Assembly: GCA_016748015.1 (NCBI GenBank)
Contig: JAAOMT010000512.1
Span: 1,560,893-1,624,892 of the forward strand
Reading direction: 5' to 3'
Source of the DNA: Geosiphon pyriformis uo1
Taxonomy: Eukaryota > Fungi > Glomeromycota
Length of the DNA stretch: 64,000 bases
Below the pieces are notes generated by a model that was not told the origin of the DNA, made no database searches, and saw only the letters and a list, made by a program, of their open reading frames with translations. Positions 12,195 through 23,000 of this stretch are shown in pieces (the stretch's first letter is position 1; each line of letters opens with the position of its first letter). The translations under genes were made by a program, and so were the position numbers.

Positions 12195-12805
12195 TATTAC
12201 GGGTTGGAGTAACAAGCTAACGGATAGCAAGGGAGAACAGGATTGTAGGGTGATGGAAATAATCAAAGGGGATTCAACTTCAATGAGCAAATTGAATGAG
12301 TATAGATTCAATGTGCGAGATCAGTCTCATAAAATATCTTAGTCACTATTCTTTTCAAAAGATAACAAGGGAATCTGAAGGTAGAAGGATAGTCTGTACT
12401 GTCAACAATTGATCACCGCTGGTATAATTCTATGTCTTACATTAGCACTCTTAAAATTCAATATCAGATATCAACTTGTGCTCTTTAGTCACGTTTATAC
12501 AAATAGTCTTCAAATACTACAATTATTTAAACAGGAAAAAGCCAACAAGTAATCTTTTATCCTAAAATGTTTGAATACTTGAAGATAGAGAAAGGGAAAT
12601 TAGCAATAAGAGAGTGATTGAGATGAAAGTTGTTATTTTTATTTATTTGATTCTTGTCTGAGAGGTGATTTTCTATAGCTAAGAGACTTATTGCTTATAT
12701 AGTTATTGAAAGTGGTCAACAATCAAGTCATTGATCAGGTCAATGATTACTATCTAAAAATAGAGTGGCTAATTATATAACATCAGTGGCTAATACATGT
12801 GATAA

Positions 12806-13462
12806 TTAATAAAAATTATGGGTTTCAACCATAACATTATCCTCTCTAAAGAAATTGAGCTTCAGCAAAATCAAGCTATTTATAGAGTATTCTAATTGAA
12901 AGGTTTTGTCTAACTCAAAACTAACTAGTTTGTTAAAGTCTTTTGTGGATAGAATATATAGTACTTGAGGCAAAATAAGCTTTGTATCCAAAAGACCAAA
13001 TCTTTGTATAAGAGTTTTGGCTTTTTTTGCAATGGTCAAAACTCTTGAGACATCTAAACGTATAATGCCCAAAATTTCCACTTTTATCTCTGAAGTTGTT
13101 TTTTTCATGAGCTTCATTTCTTCTATGATTTCACCAAGACAACCATAAAGTTCTAGTTGTCTTCCATATGACAAGTTTTTGTCTATGGGCAAGATTTCTT
13201 TAATTGTTTTTCCAATTGTCATGAAAGGTATAAGTATTGCTGCTGTTATGCTTTCCAGCAAACACTTATCTATTTTACTACCAATTTTTTCTCTTCTGGT
13301 AATGGTTTTCTTTGATCTAATAACAGTATGTGTTCTACTGTTATCAGTTATGGTGGTTTGTTTTCTAATGGTCAGAATAGCATTTGGATAATTTTTGATC
13401 CAGTACTCATGGAAAGTATAGAAAGCGTTTTGAATGTTTTGATCTAGGAAATAATTGTTTAT
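12806..13462 (-). CDS. ORF3 of element C (open frame; start ATG mutated to ATA)
   Basis: Part of ORF 12806-13558, no internal stops; homologous to ORF3 of B, D and E. Confidence 0.75.
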   Translation of the reverse strand: MNNYFLDQNIQNAFYTFHEYWIKNYPNAILTIRKQTTITDNSRTHTVIRSKKTITRREKIGSKIDKCLLESITAAILIPFMTIGKTIKEILPIDKNLSYGRQLELYGCLGEIIEEMKLMKKTTSEIKVEILGIIRLDVSRVLTIAKKAKTLIQRFGLLDTKLILPQVLYILSTKDFNKLVSFELDKTFQLEYSINSLILLKLNFFREDNVMVETHNFY

Positions 13463-13504
13463 GTCAATTGAAGATACCTCTGTTTTGGGAATAGTGCATT
13501 TATT

Positions 13505-16500
13505 TATATCTGATTTTTGTTGATCATTTGGGTCGGTATTACCACAACAGGTAACCAATTAGGTCATTTGTAATATTTCTTGAATTGTGTGCCATGAACA
13601 GGGCAATTATTGAAGATTGTTCCATATTGATTTTGTAAGATATAAGAACCATTGTTCAAAACTTTGTTGACTATAAAGAGTCCTTTCCACCAGCTAGAGA
13701 ATTTATTACCATAGACATTGTCTTTGTTTAAATGGTATTCTAAAACTAAGTCATCAACACTTAAGGAAAGTGTTTTATATGTTTTCTTTTTCTTAAGCTT
13801 CTCTTAGAATTGTTTTATCTTTTCAAAGACAATTATCCGTGCTTCTACTAATGAGTCAAGAATGGTACCAAGTCTTCTTTGCAAAATGTTTTTGTAATTC
13901 CTTATTGTTATTTCTTCAAAAGGTATTGTCTCAATGTCAGTTTCTATTAGTAGGGTTGCTATTTGTCTATAGAATAGATAAAAAGGTTTATAACTTGTTA
14001 TGTCATGATTCACAGTTCTATAAGTGAACAAAGCTGAAGGCAGTACTTTGTCCCATAAGTTTGTTTCTTTACTGGTTTTGGCTAGGGTTTTACATAGTGT
14101 TCTATTGAAACGTTCTACTAGGCCATTTGTTTGGGGGTGATAAAGAGAGGAAAGTTTGTGATGTATTCCCATTTTTCTGCAAAGTTCTTCAACAAGTGTA
14201 CTGAGAAAAGCTCTTCCTCTGTTAGATAAAAGTTCTTTGGGACAGCCATGGTAACAAATGATATTTTCATAAATGAAATTGGCTATTAAGACTGCTGTTT
14301 GGTCTGGAATAGCTCTTGCTTCTACCCATTTTGTAAGATAGTCAGTAGCTGTGATAATATATCTATTGCCATCAGGAGTTATTGTTAAAGGTCCAACAAC
14401 ATCTATACCAATTCTGTCAAAGGGTTGACCAACAGAGATTGAATGAATATCTTCTTTGCAATTGGGTTTTCCTCTTCTTTGGCAGATATCACAGGTTTTA
14501 ATGTATTCAGCAATGTCTTTTCCCAAGGTAGGCCAATAATAGTAAACTAAAGTTTTCTGAATTGTTTTTGTTTTTCCAAAGTGTCCAGCTAATAGATCAG
14601 TGTGCATATTGTAAATCACAATTTCTCTTTCTTCAAATCTGATGACTTTCTGGGGGTGGTCAAGATCTTTTCTATTTCTTTTATAAAGTTGGTTTTGGTG
14701 AATCAAATAAAAATTTGATTGTTTGCGCAAATGTTCTCTTTGTTGTTGTGTGTATTTTGGTGGATATTGTCCTTTACCCAAAAATTCCATTAAGGCAGAG
14801 TAGTTGTTCAAGTCCATTATTATGTTTGTCAAAAAGGGGGAATTACTAATAATTAAGTTGGTTTGGTTTGAGAGAGTTGTTCTATCACTGGATGGTAAGT
14901 TTGGAGAAAGCATTGGCATTTTGATGATTAGCTCCTTTGTGATGTTGAATATCATAGTCAAGTTCATCCAAGTGGAGTATTCAGCGAGTTATCCATTTGT
15001 GTTCTAGCCTCTTTTTGTTGCGCAGCCAAACCAAAGCTTGGTGATCTGTTATCACCAAAAACTTCACACCAAGAAAATACTTACTCCAGTAACTGGTGGA
15101 CCATACTACTGCTAAGCATTCTTGTTTAGTGACTGAATAGTTCTGTTCTGCTGGAGAAAAGGTTTTGCTGGTATAAGCTATGGCATGTTTTTTGCCATCT
15201 TTATCTTTCTGGAAGAGAACAGCACCAAGTCCAAAGCCAGATGCATCAGTATAGAGGATAAAGAGTCGATTTAGATTAGGTTACTTGAGGATGGGTTCTG
15301 TAACCAGTTTTTCCTTTAAAGTTTCAAAGGCTTTTTGCTGATGTGTTCTCCAATGATAATTGACATTTTTCCTGAATAGCTGATTGAGAGGAGAGACGAT
15401 TTTAGAGAAATCCTTGACAAATTTGCAATAATAAAAGGCCAAACCAAAAAAAAAGCATAGTTCATGAATGTTCATTGGTTGTTTGATGTTTTGGACTTTT
15501 TCAACTTTGGCTGGGTCAGGAAAGATTCCATCTTTTGTGATAAAATGACCAAGAAACTAGGTGGATTGTCTTCCAAAGAAAGATTTGATTGGGTTGATCT
15601 TGAGACCAGCATTTCTGAGGAGGTCAAAAACCTTTTACAAATGTTTCAGGTGTTCATTCCAGGTTTTTGAGTATACTATTATGTCATCCAAATAGACTAG
15701 AACAAAATTTTCCTTGACTGATTCAAATACTTTATCCATTAAGCATTGAAAGGTGGGAGGGGCATTGGTGAGACTAAAAGGCATGACTGTGAATTCATAG
15801 GTGCCATACTTGGTGATGAAGGCAGTTTTCTTTCTACTTTCTGGATCCATTTCTACTTGCCAGAATCTAGCAGTTAAGTCAATGGTTGAGAAGAAAGCAG
15901 CATCTTTGAATTGGTCTAACATTGCATCAATCTTGGAAAGTAGGTACATGTCTCTTTCAGTGATGGCATTTAATTGGCAGTAATCGACACAGAAGCATAG
16001 TGTTCTACCTTTCTTAGATACCACTACAACTGGGAAAGCCCATTCACTCTTGGTTTCTTGTATGAATCCAAGTTTTTTCATCCAGTTTATTTCTTTCTTA
16101 ATAAACTTATTATTGCACTGATTAGATTGATAAGACTTCAAATGGATGGGTCGAGTTTCTCTAGTGGTGATGGTGTGTTGTATCACATGGGTACATCCAG
16201 GGGTATTATCTTCTTTGGAGATAACTGGGCTATTTCTAGCCAGCAAATTTTCAATGTCTATTTTTCTTTCTTCTGGAGAGGGTTTTTTTTGTTCTACAGC
16301 CAGTGATTGGATCTCAGGTGGTTCATTCTCAAAGGACTTCTGTACTTCTTTTAATTCTTCTTTGGGTATCAAACTGATTGGTTCCCAATCTCTGTAATAG
16401 ATCAGGCATGATTTGCATTCATCGCTTGGACAAAAACCATGCCACCAAAAACTGTATTTGGCTTTCTTGCCAGGTTTTCTTTCAAAGATTCTTCTAAGAA

Positions 16501-17542
16501 TATCATAATAAGGCCAGCAGATCAGCTTGCCATTTACAATGATTTTTTTTTTGTCTGCTTTAACATTATTCAGTGGTTTGCCATTGCTGGTGAAGGTGGT
16601 ATAGGTGAGTTCAGCAGTTTCTTCTTGCTTTTCTTGTTCTTCTTCTTCATCACTCTCTTCATTATCTGATTTATCTGATTGTTCTTCTTGGTTTTGTTTG
16701 GGTACTGGGGAAGTTGTCCAATGGTGACACTTAACCACAATGGGTTTCTCACCACATCTGATGGTTAATTTACAAAGTTCATAATCAAGCAAAGCTTTTG
16801 CTTTCTTGAGCCATTCATTGCCAACAATGATGGTGTATTCCTTAGCTTCAGAAACTTCCATGTCAGTTTTAATGCTAATTCTATTGATGTGAACAGGAAT
16901 AGCTTTGGCAATACCCAGTTCTTTCTTTTTGTTACCATGTATGTTGGACATTGGTCTGGTAGAAGGTTCATCAATCTTTCTACCAATTGCTTTCAAGAAG
17001 TGTTTGGCAATGACACTAACAGATGATCCACTGTCCAGAATTAAGTCAATGAAGTATTCAGCCACTTGGGCTTTACAAATCAGAGAGGTAACATTGCTGT
17101 TGTCAGCAAATCCAGCTTGGCGAGGGCATTTGTTGGTTTTTGGTGTCTTCTTCTTTGGGATTAAGGATTTGCAAAGATTCTTTCTGAACTGTGGGTGGGT
17201 CATTAACTGGCCAAAGATAATATGTGCTGGGGTTTTCATGAGATCTTTGACAATGGAATAGGATCCAGATTTTTGTACAATTTCTGGGGGTTCCAACTTT
17301 GGAGAATTCTTAAAAACTTTAGTCTTTGATGGCTCATTGTTATCAGCAGCAGAAGTTGAGGCTTTGTTGGAGTCTAGAACGAAATCAACCTTAGCTTTCT
17401 TCTTCTTTCTGGTTGGTTCTGAGGTGTTGATTGCTAGTTCATCCATGTTATGATTATTATCAGTTAAGTTAAAAGTGTAAAAGGGGTTTTTTTCTAGTTG
17501 GCTTACATTCTCACCCTTTGGAGGTGCATCTACCAATTTAAA
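13505..17542 (-). pseudogene. pol: pol of element C
   Basis: 633-aa ORF with LILDSGS and YLDD; 387-aa integrase ORF (H..H..CDIC, GIDVVG, NGLVERFN); few stops. Confidence 0.95.
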
Positions 17543-19085
17543 GGCTGATAAACAGTGGCTTCAACTAAGAATTCTCTCCAAAAAAATTGATGTTGGCATA
17601 ATTGGGTCTTTGGTTGGGGACATTGTTGTTGTTGTTAGATCTGTTGTTTTGGTTGTCATTGTTTTTGGGAGCTGGAGAAGGCAGTGGAAAATTGTTACAA
17701 TCTCTTGAATAATGTCCAGTTAATCCACAACAATAGCATACAGGTGGGCCACGATTTTACTGTCTTTGATAGGGAGGTTGATGGGGCTGGTTAAAATAAG
17801 ATTCATATCTAGGTCTTGGTGGTTACTGGTTATCTCTGACTGCTTGTGCCAATGGTTCTAATAACTGGGCAAGGTTAGCTGTGAGTCTATCTATTAATTG
17901 TTCATTTGGGTCTTGGGTTTGGGCAGCAAAAGAAGTAGCAGCCATTTGAGGAGTGGGGGCCATGACAGGAGCAGGAGCAAAAACTGGAAGTGTGGATCCC
18001 AGATGTATTCTTTGGTTATCTTCAATCTTTTGGGTAAGTTCAATAGTCATGTCCATTATAGGGTTGTCTTTCAAAGCCAAGAGAGGCCAAAAAGCATAAG
18101 ATAAGTCAGTTCTCAATCCTTTTGTAAAGGAATGAATCTTTTGTTCTTCTGTCCAGTTTCTTCCAGAGTCTACTCGCTTGATTAACTTTCTGATTGCTTT
18201 GGCATATTTGGTTACAACTTCACCAGGACTTTGGGTTCTTCTTTCTAATTCCATGCACCACTTGGATATCAAGATTGGGGTTCTGAACTTGTTTTCAAAC
18301 TGGGTTGTGAAAGAGGTGTTGTTTTCTCCAGCATTTGCTGGCATCCATCTAATGATTCTTTGATGGGCATTAGCATCAGTTTCCTGTGAGAACCAGGTAA
18401 CAGGAGAGCCTTGGAGGTAGCCACCAACAATTTGAAACTTGTACTCATCATCATATTGGTTGGCTGTAGCAGCTTTCTCAAAGTCATCCAACCATTCAAT
18501 TGGATCTTGGGCATCATCTCTGAATAATGATAATGGGGTGTTGTTTTTTTGCCCTAAAACAGTCTGTATACCTTGGAGGGCAATCAGAATGTTTTGTTGC
18601 AGAGAGTCTTGAGCCATTGGTTTAGGTGTAACTGTTTGTGTGGAGTGTTCTGATTCACTTGAAAAGAGATCAAAAACAAGAGCAGTTTAATAGCTTTCTT
18701 CTTCTGTTTCAAGATAAGTTTCTGTTGATTGATGGGCAGCAATTCAAATGTGGATTTGATGATTTAGATATTCAAAATCAGGGGGCTGTTGTTCAAAGGT
18801 TGCAGAATATAAAAGCTGATTAATACTGTTGTTTCTTCCTTCAAAGTCATCTTTAAAATAAGCTTGGTTAAAGTAATAGATTATATAAGCTGTGTAGGTT
18901 TCAGCTAAATGCTCATTCAAGAACCAGTTCCAAAAGTCTTGGAATTGTCTGCTGGATTGTTTTTTAATGGGAAAGCAAATCAAGCAGAAAGGCAAAGGAT
19001 TGAGTTCAATAAAGTCTAAATTGTTTTTGTTGTGTGCTTTAAAGTGTTCTTCTGATTGTTGTGGCAGGCATGAATAATCACCCAT
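17530..19085 (-). pseudogene. gag: gag of element C with N-terminal extension and CCHC knuckle
   Basis: ORFs 18744-19085 and 17823-18617 (capsid-like DPIEWLDDFEKA...QSPGEVVTKY...FTKGL), then knuckle CYCCGLTGHYSRDC. Confidence 0.9.
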
Positions 19086-19112
19086 ACAATAGGAAACAAA
19101 GTGGATTTTGAC

Positions 19113-19131
19113 AACCTCACAGGGAGCACCA
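19113..19131 (-). promoter_or_regulatory. Primer binding site TGGTGCTCCCTGTGAGGTT, probably for elongator tRNA-Met
   Basis: Starts TGG 6 nt after the LTR. Its complement AACCTCACAGGGAGCACCA resembles the recalled 3' end of yeast elongator tRNA-Met (AACCTCTCCTGGAGCACCA). Also present in E (26564-26582) and D (35945-35963). Confidence 0.8.
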
Positions 19132-19656
19132 CTTTTATGTTATGGGTTGGAGTAATAAGCTAACGGATAGCAAGGGAGAACAGGATTATAGGGTGATGGA
19201 AATAATTAAAGGGGATTCAACTTCAATGAGCAAATTGAATGAGTATGAATTCAATGTGCGAGATCAGTCTCATAAAATATCTCAGTCATTATTCTTTTCA
19301 AAAGATAACAAGGGAATCTGAAGGTAGAGGGATAGTCTGTACTGTTAACAATTAATCACCACTGGTATAATTCTATGCCTCATGTCGGCGCTCTTAGAAT
19401 TCAATATTAGATATTAACTTGTACTCTTCAGTCACATTTATTCAAATAGTCTTCAAATACTACAATTATTCAAACAGGAAAAGGCCAACAAGTAATCTTT
19501 TATCCTAAGATGCTTGGATACTTAAAGGTAGAGAAAGAGAAATTAGCGATAAAAGAGTGATTGAGATGAAAGTTGTTATTTTTATTTATTTAATTCTTGT
19601 CTAAGAGATGATTTTCTACAGCTAAGAGACTTATTGCTTATATAGCTATTGAAAGT

Positions 19657-19788
19657 GGTCAATGATCAGGTCAATGACTAGGTCAATGATCAGGTCAATG
19701 ATCAGGTCAAGAATCAGGTCATTGATCAGGTCAATGATCAGGTCAATGATTAAGTCAACGGTTAGGTCATTGATCAGGTCAATGATCA
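19657..19788. repeat. 11 x 12-bp tandem array (GGTCAATGATCA) in U3 of the C 5' LTR, next to the TATA box
   Basis: Directly visible; all nine LTRs of this family carry 3-11 units. Confidence 0.95.
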
Positions 19789-19854
19789 CTATCTAAAAAT
19801 AGAGTGGCTAATACATGTGATAATTAATAAAAATTATGAGTTTCAACCATAACA

Positions 19855-20047
19855 ATATCTATTGGTATTATTTTTTTATTGTAATGGCTAATAAGTTTCA
19901 GAATTTTTTGCTAAGAATTCTTCAATTTTCTGAGTTAACTTCTTACTTAATTGAGTAAGCTTTATATTAATATCTGAGATTTCATTTATGGCCAAATTAA
20001 TAACTTAAGTATAATTGGCTTTTTGTTTTGCTAATTCAAAATTATAA
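19855..20047 (-). mobile_element. Middle gag fragment of element H
   Basis: Minus translation NFELAKQKANYT*VINLAIN... joins both neighbouring H fragments once C and A' are removed. Confidence 0.7.
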
Positions 20048-23000
20048 TATTACAAGTAATTATTTGGGTATTAGAATAAATAACAAACCTATAACTTGGT
20101 ATTTAATAGCTATTAATAACAGTAATTTCTAAAAGTTTTGATTAAGTTTTTTGTATAATGGACAGAAATTTAATTAATAGTTTTTTCTGTGAATTTTTTT
20201 TTTTAGCATAATAACCAGTTTAATTTGACAATTATGTCTTTTTAATAAGCTATTTTTAAGTTTTCTATTCTTGTTTTACAAATTTTTTACTAGGCTATTT
20301 TTGATATTAATTATTCAGTGCTTAATTTTTTAATCAATTAGTAAACAACAAAGAAAACAAAAATAAAATAAAAATAAAATAAAATAAAATAAAAAATAAA
20401 AAATTAGTATTTTATTAATAGTCATAATTAAAAGTTATTGGTTCAGTATAATTAAGTATTAAATTTTATTAACATGGGTTGTTAATAATATAAAAATAAT
20501 TAATATTTCTTAATCAAGTAATGATAACATAAATTAGATGGTAATAGATATGTTTATTGATATAGATATAATTTTACTGTTACAGATTGGAATAACAAGC
20601 TAATAAATAGCAAAAAAAAACAGAATTGTAAAATAATAGAAATAATCAAAAAAAAATTACAATAAGGGAGTAAATTAAATAAATAAAGATTTAATGTGAT
20701 CAGTCTCATAAAAATTACAGTCACAAATCTTTTTTTGAAATCTGAAGGTAGAGAAATAGTCTATAATTGTCAACAAAATAATACTGCTGTTATTATTCTA
20801 TACCTCAACTTGGCAATTTTTAGAATTAATAACAGATATTGTTGTGCTTTTCAATTGTTTTTTTATTTAATAAATCACAAGAGCAAACAATTACTTCTCA
20901 GGCTAATTCTAACAATACAAATCAAGAAAAAAAAAAGATAAGATATGTGAATGCCAACAAGTAATCTTTTATTCCAAAATGTTCAGATACTTAAAAGTAG
21001 GAAAAAAAAATAAGTGATATAAAAGGAAGTAATTAATAGTGTTTTATTTTTTTACTTTAATCATGTCTTTTTACAGCTAAGAGACTTATTGCTTATATAG
21101 CTATTAAAATTGGTCAATAATCAGATCAATGATTAAATCAATAATCAAATCAATGATCAGATTATTGATCAAGTCAATGATTACTATCTAAAAATAGAGT
21201 GGCTAATTATATAACATCAGTGGCTAATACATGTGATAATTAATAAAAAATATGAGTTTTAATCATAATATTATCCTCTTCAAAGAGATTAAGCTCCAGT
21301 AAAATCAAGCTATTTATAGAATAATCTATTTAAAAAGTTTTGTCTAACTCAAAGCTAACTAGTTTATTGAAGTCTTTAGTGAATAAGATATATAATATTT
21401 GAGGGAAAATGAGTTTTGTATCCAAGAAATCAAATTTTTGTATAAGAGTTTTGGCTCTTTTAGCAATAGTTAAAACTCTTGAAATATTTAATCATATAAT
21501 ATCCAAAATTTCTGCCTGTATCTTTAAAGTTGTTTTCTTCATAAGTTTTATATTCTCTATGATTTCACTAAGATGACCATAGAGTTTTAATTGCCTTCCA
21601 TATGACAAATTTTTGTTTATAGGCAAGATTTTTTGAAGTGTTTTTTCAATTATGTTAGAAAGTAGAAATATAGCTGCTGTTATATTTTCTAACAGATATT
21701 TATCTATTTTGCTACCAATTTTTTCTCTTCTAATAGTGGTTTTCTTGGGTCTAATAACAATATGTGTTCCATTATTATTAGTCATAGTAATTTGTTTTTC
21801 AATGGTTAGAGTAGCATTTGGATAGTTTTTAATTCAATACTCATGGAGAGTATAGAAGATGTTTTAAATGTTTTGATCCAGGAAATAATTATTCATGTTG
21901 ATTGAAGATATTTCTGTTTTAGGAATAATGCATTTATTTATACTTAATTTTTGTTAATTATTTGGGTTGGTATTACCACAACAGGCAACTAATTAGATCA
22001 TTTATAATATTTCTTGAATTGTATATCATGAACAAAACAATTATTGAAAATTGTTTCAAATTGATCTTAAAGAATATAAGAACCATTGTTCAAAACTTTG
22101 TTAACTAAAAAGAGTCCTTTTCACTAGTTAGAGAATTTATTATCATAGACATTGTCTCTGTTTGAATGGTATTTCAATACCAAGTTATTAACACTTATAG
22201 AAAGTATTTTATAGGTTTTTTTTTTCTTAAGCTTTTCTTGAAACTGTTTTATCTTTTTAAGATCAATTATTTGTGCTTTTACTAAAGAATCAAGAATGAT
22301 ACTAAGTCTTCTTTACAAAATGTTTTTATAATTTTTTATTGTGATTTCTTTAAAAAGTATTGTTTCAATGTCAGTTTCTATTGGTAATATTGCTATGCAT
22401 TCATAAAGCAGATAAAAAAATTTATAATTTGTTATGTTATAATTCACAGTTTTATAAGCAAACAAAACTGAAGACAGTACTTTGTTCTATAAGTTTGTTT
22501 TTTCACTGGTTTTGGTTAAGATTTCACATAGTGTTCTATTAAAACATTCTACTAGGCTATTTGTTTGGAGGTGGTAAGAGAAGAAAAGTTTGTAATGTAT
22601 TCCTATTTTTTTGCAAAGTTCTTTAACCAGTGTACTGAAAAAAGCTCTTCCTTAATCAAATAAAAGTTCTTTGAAACAGCCATGATAGCATATAATATTT
22701 TCATAAATGAAATTGGCTATTGACACTGCTATTTGATCTGAAGTGGCTTTTGCTTCTACCCACTTTGTAAGATAGTCAGTAGCTATAATAATATATCTGT
22801 TGTCATTAAGAGTTATTGTTAAAAATCCAACAACATTTATACTAATTCTGTCAAATAGTTGATCAACAGAGATTGAATAAATATCTTTTTTGCAATTGGG
22901 GTTGTTTTTTTTTTGGCAGATGTCATAGGTTTTGATGTATTCAGTAATATCTCTTCCTAAGATAGGCCAATAATAGTGAGCTAAAGTTTTCTAAATTGTT

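Larger units (their letters stand above)
12195..19854 (-). mobile_element. Full-length Ty3/Gypsy element C (least decayed copy), TSD ATAT
   Basis: LTRs 12195-12836 and 19138-19854; ATAT at 12191-12194 and 19855-19858; PBS 19113-19131; PPT ~12837-12850. Confidence 0.96.

Noticed and set aside
12806-13558. ORF3 as an envelope gene
   Set aside because: No signal peptide, TM anchor or furin site/fusion peptide visible; only 218 codons.
19255-19335. Intron-containing tRNA-Met gene on the LTR antisense strand
   Set aside because: Only the anticodon arm and variable loop match; there is no D arm, T arm (GTTCGA) or acceptor stem. Treated as tRNA-pairing boxes, though origin from a captured tRNA fragment is not excluded.
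19657-19788. Nuclear-receptor (IR1/ecdysone) response elements
   Set aside because: The AGGTCA resemblance is real, but fungi lack nuclear receptors; no supporting evidence.
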